Assembly: GCA_043228905.1 (NCBI GenBank)
Contig: JBHGNT010000022.1
Location: 6,820,001-6,884,000 of the forward strand
Origin: Azolla caroliniana
Lineage: Eukaryota > Plantae > Polypodiophyta
Direction of reading: 5' to 3'
Length of the DNA stretch: 64,000 bases
Part shown: one piece after another, positions 35,329 to 48,475 of the stretch
Layout: the number at the start of each line of letters is the position of its first letter
Position numbering within the stretch: position 1 is the stretch's first letter
Translations under genes and position numbers: made by a program
Notes under the pieces: generated by a model
What the model saw: only the letters and a program-made list of their open reading frames with translations
Database searches by the model: none
Told to the model about the DNA's origin: nothing

Positions 35329-38300
35329 CATAACTATCGGAGGACACACATTCAACATTTCGGCGGTGGTTCTCCAACTCAATGCGCAAGGGGCTTACCC
35401 AATGTTGTTGGGTTGCCCATGGTTTAAAACGGCGCATATCAAACAAAACTGGCAGAAAAACATGATTACCTTCAAGCGAGGAAAGGCTAAAGTAAGGGTA
35501 CCTGCCCACCCTCGATCGAGTACCGGCAAGGCGTTGACATCGCTATATGCGGAATGTGTAAACATGCTCGAGGGGCTTGCTGACGAAGAGGTCGACAAAT
35601 ACTTAGAAGAAAACCCAAAAATTGTACCCCTATTTGAAATCGATGTGGCAGAAGCAATGTCACCATATATAACACAATCGGATGATGCCGGCGAGGAACC
35701 AGATAGGGAAGCTATCAGAGAATTACGGCAAGCACAGGAAGCTCTGGAGAGGGAGATGGTGGTATCCCAATGCGTGAAAGCATCCCAATTAGAGGAAGTG
35801 AACTTAGGAACCGGGGACAACGCAAGACCGGTTCATATTGCTATGGAAATGTCACCGGACAACAAGACGGTGATGATCACTTTATTAAAGGAATTCCAGG
35901 ACGTATTCACCTGGTCCTATGAAGACAGTTTCAGTGGCTACAATCAAATAAGGATGCACCCCGACGACCAAGACAAGACGGTGTTCGTCACCTAATGGGG
36001 AGTTTTCGTCGCAAGGGTAATGATGTTCGGGCTCAAGACTGCGCTGGCAACCTTCCAACGAATAATCATGGAAATATTTGGCGAGTTCATCCCGGCATTC
36101 ATGCATGTATTCCTGGATGACTTCGCCGTGTATAGCCGAGAAGGAGAACACCTCCAACACCTCCGGCTATGTCTTGAGAAATGCAGGAGTTATCAGTTAA
36201 GCCTGAATCCAGCAAAGTGTGTGTTCGGAGTAACAAGCGGTGCATTGCTGGGCCATATCGTCAGCAAGGACGGGATCATAGTAGACCCCGATAAGGTCAT
36301 AGCAATCATAGAAGCACCAACACCATCCATGACCAAAGCTTTGAGTCGGTTTCTAGGGCAAATCCGGTGGCATAGCCGGATGCTCCGATATTTGGCCGAT
36401 CTTGCTACACCGTTGCATGCCGCGGTTCACCAAACACCATTTCAATGGACAATTACGGAAGATAAGGCTTACCGGGCATTGAAAGTATTGCTATCACAAG
36501 CGTCGGTGGTGCAACCACCGGACTGGTCAAAAGAGTTCCACGTGTTCTTCGATGCGTCCAACATAGCAATCGGCAGCGCACTAATGCAACTGACTGAACC
36601 GAAATGGTACCGACCGGTTTATTATGCTAGGCGGAAGCTATCCCAAGCGGAACGAAATTATTCAACAACGGAAAGAAAAGCCTTAGGGATGATTTATAGT
36701 GTTACCAAGTTCAGGCACTATTTATTGGGAAGGAAATTTTCATTTCATCTTGACCACTCAACGTTATTATATTTGGTCTCAAAGGCATCGCTCACCAGTA
36801 AGCTGGCCTGATGGACATCGTTGCTACAAGAGTTTGAGTTCGAAATATATCACCGGTCGGGAATACAGCATGCGGTTGCCAATTATCTGAGCCGGTTAGA
36901 CTCCGGCGAGACCGGTGATGGAGTCCCGGATGAGTTTCCGGATGACGAGTTTTTTAAAGTAACAACAGAAACGGCAGCAGATAGCATGGTAGTCGACGAA
37001 GACAAGTTGCTAACCAACATGCATCAATTCCTAAGCACGGGACTACCACCGGAGGAGATGAACCGGGATGAGCGGAAGCGGTTAGCGGTACAAAGCCGAC
37101 ATTTTTGTCTACTACAAGACACCCTGTACCACAAAGGTGCGGATGACATATGGTGGTGAGCAGTGCAAAGCGACGAAAAGGACACAATATTACGAGAAGC
37201 GCACTGCGGCATTGTTGGAGGGCACTATGCCGGGGACGCTATGGCAAGAAAGATATGGCACAGCGGGCTATGGTGGCCGACGACACTGAAGGACTTGGTT
37301 CGGTATGCAAAAGACTCTGATTTATGTCAACGGATGGGCCAACCAACAAAACAGGCAAGGATGCCTCACCAGTCGATGCAACCCTTAGAGCCATTTCAGA
37401 AATGGGGGCTAGACTTCGTTGGGCCATTTAAACCTCCGGCAATCAGAACCGGCAACAGATATGTTATAGTCGCCACAAATTATTGCACCAAGTGGGTAGA
37501 AGCCAAGGCTTTGCAGGACAACACTGCGGCATCAACGACAAAGTTCTTATATGAGTACATCTGGTGCGGGTATGGATGCCCGATCGAGTTAATTAGTGAC
37601 CAAGGCGGACAGTTTCTCGATCAAGTAGTGGAGAGCTTAACCACATTCTATTCAGTGGTACACAAGCGCGGTACCCCTTATTATCCACAGGCCAATGGAC
37701 TGGCCGAATCCACAAACAAAACACTCCAGAACATTTTGCGAAAGATCGTCAATGAAAACTGGACCGATCGTTAATGAAAACTGGACACGAAGCTGCATAG
37801 TGCACTATGGGCATACCGGACGGCATACAAAACGAGTATCCGGTCAACACCATTCCAGTTAGCATTCGGGCTGGAAGCAGTAATGTCGATCGAATTTCAG
37901 GTTCTGAGTTTGCGGATACAGGTTAGAGAACGACTAAGTGAAAAGGAATCGGAAAAAATCCGGTTAGCCACATTATGCGAACTAGAAGAGCATCAGATAG
38001 CGAGTCTCATGCAGTTGGAACTGGAGCAGTGACGAAGGAAGGCATTCGTCGATCGGCACCAGGAGGGCAATGAGAAGATGTTCGGGATCGGCAAGCCGGT
38101 AATCGTATTCCAGACTCGGATGGGTCAGATGCCGGGAAAGCTACAGTTCTGGTGGACCGGACCGTATTGGATAACGCGGGAATTCAACGGTTCATACCAG
38201 CTCGGAACGCTCGCCGGTGAGATAATGGACAAATGGGTCAATGGGTTGCGACTCAAACCATATTGTGGACCCATGCCACCGAATCCGTTCGAGCAGACGG

Positions 38301-38619
38301 AGGCTGATGCAACAGTAGGAAGCAGTAAACAAGTACCTGACAATTAGACGGAGCCGGCGTTACCGGATTGCGACAAACAAGTGGCCGACAAACGTGAATA
38401 TGGGGAAAAACTGGGATACGGACCCGGTGCTTCCGGTTAACTAAAACTCAACTTGCAAAAAAAAAAGGTCATCATGCGTAGGCGAGGAGCGAACAGGCAC
38501 TTTGAAAAGGTGTGGTGGCTGGCTAATTAAAGCCTCTTTAAAAACACACCACGTGTCAACTGACTGCTATATTAGTACAAGACGTGCATGTGCGGGAATC
38601 GAGAAAAGGCGCCACACAT

Positions 38620-40910
38620 GGAGAAAGAAAACCTCCGCCGCGCAGAGTCCCTTTCATTTCGCGAATATAGAGTTCTCAGAGCACATAGGCGATTATGAGT
38701 GATCAGGCGAGAGCACGCAAAACACACAGGCGCACTAATCCTACCACAACCTACCGACTCCAATGACGACATGCAATGCATGGTACTCTCAGAAGCGGCC
38801 AAGAAATGGCTTAAGCACCACGTCCTGGAGGGATTCTTAAGGATAGTCGAAGCACGTCCACACGGAAATGCAGAAAATGTTGTCAAAGACATCGACACAG
38901 AGGTCATCTCCGAAGAAGCCATCTGCGCCATGACCGGCCTACCGGAAGGGGGAATATACTCGATCGACAACCCTTCACAAGAGCTGCTTACGAAGTATTT
39001 TAGAGAATACTCCCTGGGCAACAAGGCGTACCGCACGCAAGGCAGCGAAGACCTATTGTTTCAGGAAATTGCTCGAGTACTCCACGAGTATGATCATGTA
39101 TACACCCGACCACCAACTATTCCCAGGAATAGAGCCGGTTTGATCATAGCCACCTACGAGGGAGTACAGGTGATTGGCCGGTAATGATCGCCGACGGCCT
39201 GGGCGCTGCCATCGTCTCAGCAAAAGATGGCAAAAAGATGTGGACAGCGGTAGCGCAATGGCTGACTTTGTTAGCACCACCGGTGGAGCCCATGAAACAA
39301 AGGAAGCGGGGAAGACCGACATAATCGACCCCCAAAACAGCTTCAAAACGGCAGCAACTCCTGGCTACCCAAGCGATAGGCTGGAAGGAGGCTGACTCTT
39401 CACATAAGGCGAAGGAGCGGCCTCATCGGAAGCGGCCGGCAGAGAAGGAGGCATCGATGGACACCCCGATGAGACCTTTGAAAATCAAGCTGCGGTAGAT
39501 GGAACAACAAGCAGATCAACAACTGGACAAACTGCAGGGGCAGGACCCCTTGGCGGCATTAATCAATAGCAAGACCCCGGAGGAAGAAGAGCAGGAAGAC
39601 GAGCCTACCGAGACTCTCATACGTCGTTGACAAACAAGTGACAAGGGCCACAAAGGGGAGAAATCAAGTCTCAAGGAGGACATTATACTAGAACCCCTCC
39701 TTGAGGAGACACAACAAGGAAGGCGTCAGAACTAGTTCAACAAGAATCGGTCATAGAGCAATTGGTGGGGCAGGGCATAGCAGAATCAACAGGCCTGGAC
39801 ACGGCAGTACCGGTGGATCAAGAACCAGTCATTGAATTGTCGATGTCACCGTCGTAGCAGCAACAGCCAGAACCGAAGCGGCCGCTTTACGTAACCGTCC
39901 ATAATAGGCTCATGGCCAGGGAAGAAGCCATCCCACGACCAGAACAGGCACAACAACAAGGCACCGGCAGTCAATGGCTACGATGGATAGCAGAACAAGT
40001 AGTTAGAAGTGGAAGAGAGAGCGCATGAAGACCGGTTGCTAGCCACAACCGAGGAATTAGAGACGGCCCGGTCAAGAATCCGGAGCATGGAGCAAGACAT
40101 AGAGAAGGCCAGAAAAGAAATGGCCAAGTTCGTCATAGAAGGACCACAACAATCCGAACTGGTGGCTCCGGTAACTCTCCGGTGACTGAAGCAGGCCCGG
40201 ATACTAATAAAACGCCAACACAAGAGCTCGCCACATTACGGGAAGACCTGGCAGTACAAGAAGCCTTACGAGCCAGGGAGCGAGAATTGAAAAAAGTGGC
40301 GGAGGAGGAACAAAGGAAGACGGCCAACAGCCTCCGCCGAGCAAAGGAAAGCTTGAGAAAAGTTCATCAGGCATATGATCGGCTGAAGGAAGAAAAAGAA
40401 AAACTCTTGCAGGAAAAGGAAAAACTCCGACACTCGGCGCAAGTAGAGATCGAGTCACTCAAGGAAGAACTCCAACAATAAAAGGACTAGGAAGACCGTG
40501 CTCGCCGTCTGATCAACCGATGGCTGAAACAGAAAACAGAGGACTTTGATCGGCTACACTGGGATCACAAAAACTTGGATGCGGAACACAAGAAATTGAT
40601 CACTGAAAGTGACCGGTAGCAAGAGAAGTTACTGGAACTTCGGGATGAGGTTAACCGGACCATAGCAGCCTTGGTAGAAGAACAATCGAAGGGGGTTGAA
40701 GCAACGAAACAACTAGCGGAAGCGGCGAAAGAACGGGTAGAGCTGACCCGACAACACTCAGAGGCAACGGAGCACGCTACAATGGCTCTGAACAAAGTTC
40801 AGATGACCTATCAGACCCAGCTCATGCACTATAGAAGCCAAGAAGCAGCAACCGCGAGCCTGATCAAACAATTGAAGGACGAAAAACAGGTCGTAGAGAA
40901 CAAGTCGAAC
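38620..40910 (+). pseudogene. Extra ORF downstream of pol (possible plant-mobile-domain-like N-terminus plus long coiled coil)
   Basis: Sense-strand fragments 38699-39184, 40182-40481 and 40671-40910, rich in E/K/Q/R heptads. Confidence 0.55.
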
Positions 40911-43135
40911 ACGAACACCTTGAGGTGCGACAAGATCAGATTCCTTCCGATGAGGAGCTCGTAGGGAGTTAGCTCATGGACTCCATTGGTGGTGCACCAG
41001 TTCATGAGATAGATCGTCGTGGATGCCACTTCGGCCCAATAGAAATTCGGCATGTGCTTCCAATGCATCATGGCGCGTGCTACCTCAAGTATTTGCCGAT
41101 TCTTCCTTTTGGCGACTCCATTTTGTTGGGGTGTGTGTCGGCATGAGAATTCTCTACGAATGCCTTCACTTTGGAGGTAGGAGGTGAATTCGTCAGAGAA
41201 GTACTCGTTGCCTCCATCTGATCGTAGGCATCGAATGTGCCGACTGGTTTCTTTCTCGACTTGGCCCTTGAGCTTTTGGAAGTGGGAGAGCACTTCACTT
41301 TTCTTCTTCATCGGGTAGATCCACGTGTAGCGCGAGTAGTCATCGATGAAGGTTACGTAGTATCGGCATCCGCCGATCGTCGGCGTTTGAGCCGGTCCCC
41401 ATACATCCGAGTGTATGACATCGAGGAGGCCTTTGCTTGCGGAGCTCTCCTTCGGGAATGGGAGTCGATGTTTTTTGCCGAGTTGACACGCTTCGCATAC
41501 TCGGTCGACTTGTTTCGACTCAAATGTCGGAAGTCCGATGATGACTCCCTTGGTTTGTATCACTCGAAGCTATTGGAGGTTTATGTGGCCGATTCTCTTG
41601 TGCCACAACTCGATGCTTGTCTCGGTTTCGAGACCTTTGGTGTACATTGCCGATTTCACCTCATTCGAATCAAGGATGAACATTCGGTCGTCTCTCCGTC
41701 CCTTAGCTATGAGTCGGCTATCTTTCTCAATGAAACAACCTTCGTTGTTGAAGCGGACTTGCATGCCTTTCTCCACGATTTGGCCGAATGAGACCAAATT
41801 CCTCGTTATTGTGGGCACGTGCAAGACATTCTTAATGCAAGTTTTCTCGCCTTCTTTCCCAAATGGGACATTGCCGATGTGCCGAATGGGGTGTGTGGTG
41901 TCGTCTCCCGTCTCTATGAAGCCGGGTCGATCTGGCGTTCGTAAATCACGAAACCACTCTTCGTGAGATGTCATGTGATGTGAGGCGCCGGAGTCGACGA
42001 ACCACATGTCTTTCGAGTTGGAGGTGCTTACGGAGTTGGAGGCCGACATAGAGTTCGCTCTATGCCTCATTACGAATAGTCCGCCGTAATCATCGTATTC
42101 GGAGTTGATGGCGTAATTCATGTGTTGTCGACTTGTGGAAGCCGACTCGCTTCTTCTTTTTTGGCATTCCTCCTCGCGGTGGCCGATTTTGCCGCAATAG
42201 TTGCAAGTTGTGGACCTCGTTTGCCGACCATGTTCAGCATGGAAGCTCCCCCTTCTTCTAAAGGTTCCTCGATGGCTTCCGTGAAGGTTTGAGTTCCCTT
42301 CGTGTGATGGGTCGAATTGACCTCTTCTACTGATGTGACCTCGGCCACCGTCCGAATTCGAGAAGAACATTTTTCCTTCCAACGTCTTGCTTTTGGTTTG
42401 GATGTGGTTCTCTTCGACCAATAGCATTGATTGGAGGTCGATGAATGAAGGCAGGTTTTCTCTTGCCAAGATTGCCGTCCATAATGGATTGAATCGTTGT
42501 GTGAGGCCGCCCAAGCATACTTGAACCATCTCGTCTTCGTCGACGTTTATTTTGATGGAGCCAAGAGAGTCGCAAATGCTCTTGATCTTGGTGTAGTCCG
42601 ACACGGACATGTCTTTTTGCCGAATGTTGTTCAACTCTTGTCAGAGTTGAAGCTTTCAGGCGGTCGTGTTGGCGGCGAACATTTTCTTTAAGTTCTCCCA
42701 CGCCTCTTTTGGCTTCTTGGTGTCTCGAATGTTGCTAAGCATGTGGTCGTGGACACATGTTGCCAAGCAATACATGACTCAACTCGCCGCTTGCTCCCAT
42801 GTTGCGTAGTCGGCGTTCTTTGAGTCGGGTCAATTTTCTTGAGCGTCGTTGATGTAGCTCCAATACCCTTGTCCGACGATGTATTGGGTCCTCTTGTACT
42901 CCCAAGATGAATAATTGCTCCTGTCTAGCTTTTCACTAGGGAGCGAGCTACCCATTTGTGTGTTCGTGTTGATTAGTGTCTTCTCTTCTTCTTCTTTTCT
43001 TCCTTCGATCACGTACACGTGCTACGTAGCGGCACTATGGTAGTCGATAACCGGATTTTGTCGTCAACGTTTCGAACACACAATCACGGAGTCGGTGGGC
43101 TTAGTGGATTTTCTAAACCACGCGCTCTGATACCA

Positions 43136-43589
43136 TGTTAATAATTAGTAATTAATTAAGTGAGTGTTAATTAGTACCTAATTGTGTGATTAGTTGATAA
43201 GCAGAAGATTAAGTGATATGTGTGTGTATGTGTGTGAGAGGAACAGAGAGAGAGAGAGAGAGAGAGAGATACACTTATGAACAACACAAGATGGGGGATG
43301 AGTAAGTATATTAAATTAGCATTATCATCATCAATTACAAAAATACCCACAATGAGGTATATATACATCTCATGTGCAAAGGTGCACAGGTGTGAGTAGA
43401 ATATAGGTATAACTGTGTAAGTCTTATATTAAATGACCTTGGGAGTGGAGGATCTAGAATATCCTACTTAAGTACAAGGTCTTATTTAAGGCGTTATAGT
43501 CAACACTTCTAACTAGATTCTATCTAGGTAGCTACGAAATTACATGATTGACTAACTAACTAACTCTAGTTGAGCTTGATCTCTCAACA
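43136..43589 (-). repeat. 5' LTR of copia F with (TG)n(AG)n microsatellite
   Basis: TGTTAAT...CTCTCAACA termini; adjacent PBS. Confidence 0.85.
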
Positions 43590-44973
43590 ACTATTTACAA
43601 AATTGGCCCAAGTGGGCACAGCCGAAACATATATACATGTGTCCTTTTCCAGATGTCGATCCGGTTACCAATCCGGATTCGGCCTCTCTTTTCCTTCGGA
43701 TCCTACTGATCTAGCTCGTGCTCTCCTTCCCATCCAAAGGTACCTTGTTTCCCCACAATTTTCCCATTCTTCTTCGGAACTACGACGATTCGGCTGAGCC
43801 AAGTGGCTTTCGTGACTGGTCAAATGAAGCCGGTCCGTAGCAGTTTGTCAATTTCCTCTTTCCCTTTTACAGTGTAATTAGGATTCAGTTTGGAACGTCG
43901 TTGTTGTACCAGTTTGGCATCTTTATGTAGGTTGATCTGATGTTGACAAAAGGCAAGATCCACTCTCTTCATATCCTCGAACGACCATGCAAACACATCT
44001 CTATATTGGCTTAGTAATTCTGCGAGCTTAGTCTTTTTGGCTGACAACATTTCCCGAGCTATTAACACTATTTTCGACTCGTTATCATTTTCTGCCATAT
44101 TTGATTCCTCATGTGTTGAAGCCTGCACTTGTTGTGGTACTTGCATCTCCTTTTCCATAGCTTCTTGTTGATGTTGTAACTTCATTAGAGTTTTATCATC
44201 GACCGGAACATCGACATCCTTTCCGTCATTACCCATATATGGGGTGATTATTTCGACTATGTCGATCTCAAATAAGGGAATGATCTTCAGATTTTCATCA
44301 AAGTACTGATTCACTTCCTTGCCATCTAACCCCTCCATCATATTGACAGATTCAGCATATAAAGCCACAAATTCACGTGTTGTTGTTACCTTCTCCTGAG
44401 TCAAAACTCTGATTTTGGTTTTGCCCTTCCAGAATGTAAGGAGATTCTTCTGCCAATTTTGTTTGATATTGGCAGTTCGAAGCCATGGTCGGCCTAACAA
44501 CAGCTAGTAAGCACCTAGTGCATCTAAATGTAAGATGACTACTGATATTTGGAATGTATGTCCGCCAATGACAATATCTAGTTGTCGAATTAACCCTAGT
44601 GGTCGGACCGTGCTCGTACATGTCATTCATAACCAGAATGGACATGCCTCCCATTTTGTGACGCCCAATCGATCACTGGTGGTTTTAATAATACATTCAC
44701 TCTTGAGCCACCATCCACTATACTACCTAGAACCTCTTGACCCTGAATGATTACTTTGATTGTCGGGCTTTGCTCTTCCATTATTGTCAGTCCCTTAATT
44801 GTGTTGGTAAAGTTAACAGATACCTTTTCTGACTAATTTTTCGCCATAATGTGAGCGACCTTTTCTGTAAGCGAGGTACTAATTTCAATAACCCTACCAG
44901 TGGCAACGATATTTTGGCAATCAGCCAAGACTTGCTATGATTCATCATCTTCAAGTGATTTGGCCATTATTTC
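43590..44973 (-). mobile_element. Fragment of a non-chromovirus gypsy (protease to RT start), related to 26954-40910
   Basis: LLGRPWLRTANIKQNWQKN...KIIPLFEID...YRDVFAWS matches the 35329-35920 translation. Confidence 0.8.
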
Positions 44974-45604
44974 TGTTAAGAATATGTCCCTCCTATGGGA
45001 ACAACCGATTGGTCAGGCCGAGTGTCAACCGTCAAAGAGATGGAGAGTCGATAGTAGGAGAATCCAAGTCGAAGACACAGACAACTAGTCGGGTCGGCTG
45101 GATGGTCGAAGATAAGGCTAACTAGTTGGGCCGATTGGACAACCGACACTGGAGTCGACTAGTCGAATCGACTAATTGATCAATCTGTTGAATAACTATT
45201 ATTTTTATAATAGGAATGATAGTAGCAGTGCCTACATTTGTAAATAGCCCATACAATGTATAAGTATAAATACACTTAGGGCAAACATTGTAGAATAGAA
45301 CAGTTGTGAGCCTCCGTTGTTAGAGTGTGATAGAGAAGAGAGAGGGCGAGAGCGAACGACGCCATAGCTAAGTGAGCTTAGACGTCAAGAGCCCTATGAG
45401 GCTGTTACACTCTACGGTGAAAGAGTGTTTGTAATCTCCTCGTCTTGTATATCCACTGGATAATGAAGATATGTTCTCCCGTGGTTTTCCCCGTTTAGAG
45501 TTTCCACGTAAAACTGTGTATCTTGTTCATTTTGTTGTTTTTTTGTTTCCTAGTTGTGTATTTTCGGCATATCTTTCTCACGAATATTTGATTCAAATTC
45601 AACA
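44974..45604 (+). repeat. 5' LTR of the Tork-like copia
   Basis: TGTTAAG...TTCAACA followed by a tRNA-iMet PBS. Confidence 0.85.
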
Positions 45605-48475
45605 AACTGGTATCAAAGCAAGGTTGAAGATGGAAGGAGGTGTGAGCGGCTTCCCAGGCATGATAGTTCTAAACTCTCAGAACTTGTAGACTAGAAGATA
45701 AAGATGGAGGACCTTCTCATAGTCAAAGATCTCTACGAGCCAATCGATAGAGAAAAAATACCCACCGGGGTATTAGAGTTGGAATGGAAATTTCTTAACA
45801 AAAAGGTGGTGGCCACCATCTGACAATGTGTCGATGTTAATGTCCTTCAACATGTGGCGAACAACACAAATGCCTACAAGATGTGGCAAAAACTGTTAGG
45901 CCTATATGAGAGGAAGAACACCCTCAACAAAACATCCTTGATGAGAAAGATTCTGAGACTGTAATACAAGGACGGGGAAAGCATAGTTGAACATGTAAGC
46001 ACATTCATGGGGTATGTGAACCAACTTGCGGCAACCAGGTTTCCCCTTGAAGATGCAATGCAAGCCATCCTATTGTGCACCCTGTCGAACAACTAGGAGA
46101 ATCTGGTGATGACTCTCAGCACCTCGTATCAGGAAGAGAACTTTTCTCTACAAGCAGTAGAGACAAGTATCTTGAACGAGGAGACTAGAACGAAGGACAA
46201 GGGTTTCCAAGCCCAATCAGAGTCAAACTTGACTCAACACACCGGTAGAGGAAGGAACCGACAAAGGAGTCCACCAAGTAGAGAAAAGTCCTACTCTAGA
46301 TCCAAGTCCAGAGGTAAGCTAACATGCTTCTATTATGGAAATCCTGGACACTTTTAGAAGGACTGCCAACACCTCAAGAAGGACAAGGGTTTCGGAAATA
46401 ATGTCGAATCCAGGAAGATTCCTGATGAAAAGGGCACATCGGTTGTAGCTACAAGTATGGAGGAAATCCTATTCATTTGTGAGCAGGCAAACACAAATCT
46501 TGCAAGCGAAGAGTGCACCTGGGTAATCGACTCGGGTGCATCATTCCACATATCTCCATCAAGAGAATGTTTCTCGACTATGTAAAGATGGGAGATCATG
46601 GAGAGTGCAAGATAGCAAGCATTGGAAGTGGGTGCCTGATGATGTCGACTGGTTATCGACTGATGTTGAGGGAACTTCGGCATGTCCCCGATATCAGATA
46701 GAATCTAATATCGATTGGAAGGCTACAATGGTAGCTTCCGAAACGGCAAGTGGTAGTTCTGTTGTGGCAAACTCATAGTGGCATAAACACAGAAAGAAGG
46801 CACTTTGTATATGATGCATGCCTGACTAGAACTAGTGCACACAGATGTGTGCCATGTAGATGCTCCATCGCATTGAGGTGGACAATACTTCATAACGTTT
46901 ATTGATGACTATAGTCGGAAGACGTGCGCCTTTATACTGAAGTCAAAGGATCAAGTACTGTCAATGTTCAAGGAGTTCCAACCAAGAACCGAATGGGAGT
47001 CGGGTCGGAAGTTGAAGGTTGTTGTTGAGCGGACAAGCTCAAACAGATCCGGATCGGCTGAACAAGCTAGAGCCGAACCGGAGTCTGAAATGAAGAACCG
47101 GATCGGTGTCCGGATGGTATCTAGAACCAGGAGCCGGATCGGATTGTAACCAGTAGGCCGTTAGAGGCTAACAAATCCAGCCTAGTACGTAGGCATATTT
47201 TTGGGAGTTAGTGTTAGTCGCTCATATGAGCATTGAAGTACATGTCAGTACTTTCACGAACTTGTATAAAAGTGCTCACTGAGCACATTGTATATGCATA
47301 GTGTTATTTTTTTAATTTAGTTTATGCTTTTTGCTCTCTCTATCTCTCTTGTGTATTCTTTGTTCTTAAGCTTCAATTAAATATTCATTCTCTGTATTTA
47401 TTGTTGTAATCCGGCTAAGCCAGTTTTTCTACAAGCTTCCACACGCTATTCTTTTCACGGTATCCGAGTGCGAGGGTTGAGAACCTCTATTGCCGACAAC
47501 TGCTCGAAATGGACAAACCCTAATCACCAATAAAAGAACAAACCAAAAAGAGAAAGTATGGACAGAAATATGGCGAACTCGCTTCCTACGGAAAATCTTG
47601 ACCGGAGCAACTATGGTATAAAATGCACCAGTACCTGTTGGAACTTGGGGCATGGATACTGGAGCTACATGGAAGGAGCAAATGAAGCAACGCCGGGTTC
47701 GGCACATAAGGACTTCCCGGCATGGGAGCAAGGAGTGAGCAAATTACTTTATTGCCTCACATCTTGTGTGCACGACTAGATGCTCGGGTACATTAGAGAT
47801 GCAAAGTCATTGAAGGAGGCCTGGTAAAATCTTCGAAAGATTTTCGTTGCAAGTACCACTGCTCAGAAGTTGCAGCTCTGGCAAGAGCTCAACAGTGTCT
47901 GTCCATTGGACATGTCGGTCATCGATGACACCACCAAGTTCAAGGAGATCTGCGACGCGCTCGGCTCCATCAACGTGAGGGTGGACGAGGACGAGATGGT
48001 CTAGATCTGCATCGGTGGTCTAGCACAACGGTATGGGCCAATCTGGATGGCAATTTGCACCCGGGAGAAACCATTGTCCTTCTTCGACCTGCAATCGATG
48101 CTAATGGTCGATGAAAACTACGTGAGTGGGTCGAGGACCACTCAATCGGACATCCAGATGTTGTACACGGAGGCGGATCGGCCTCGTGGGTGTAGGGAAC
48201 GAAGTGGGTTGGCACGCAATGGAGGTAGCCGACAAAAGCAGAACCGGAGGCACAAAGATAGTCCCGACAGTAGTTTTGGACCCACCACTAGTAGGTGTCA
48301 GGAATAGTACTAAAGACGGAGAGGGAATTACTACTAGAGGTAGAGGAGGATGAGTACTATGAGTACTTAAGAGGAGAAGATGGTGTGGAACTCACGAGAG
48401 AGAGAGATAGATAGATAGATTATATTATCGTCTTCGAAGATCAAATATGACCTATGAGACCAAAAATATTACATT

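Larger units (their letters stand above)
27445..38347 (+). pseudogene. gag-pol of the non-chromovirus gypsy, interrupted by copia H
   Basis: ORF fragments 27634-28338, 28502-28735, 28945-29205, 35329-35995, 36020-36811, 36821-37159, 37163-37774, 38078-38347. Confidence 0.88.
26954..40910 (+). mobile_element. Non-chromovirus Ty3/gypsy element (Phygy/Athila-Tat-like), 3' end deleted
   Basis: 5' LTR 26954-~27386; PBS TGGCAACCACG (tRNA-Arg-like) ~27394; gag with CCHC knuckles; protease DDGGSGMNVI ~29550; RT FLDDFAVY; RNase H DASNIAIG and NYSTTERKAL; integrase WGLDFVGPF and YPQANGLAE; extra 3' ORF. Confidence 0.88.
26230..43589 (-). mobile_element. Copia element F (pieces ~26230-26953 and ~40911-43589); RT/RNase H largely deleted, 3' LTR lost
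   Basis: 5' LTR 43136-43589; tRNA-iMet PBS TGGTATCAGAGCGC at 43122-43135; gag-PR 41570-42960; integrase 40911-41563 ends SHLKVF and resumes VRIP..PDAK..CILIGY at 26953. Confidence 0.8.

Noticed and set aside
35186-35995. 269-aa ORF as a novel gene
   Set aside because: Chance fusion of copia H LTR sequence with the resumed gypsy protease/RT frame after 35328.
40829-41563. Integrase ORF with a hydrophobic C-terminus (env-like)
   Set aside because: The tail is antisense read-through into the truncated gypsy beyond the ~40911 junction.
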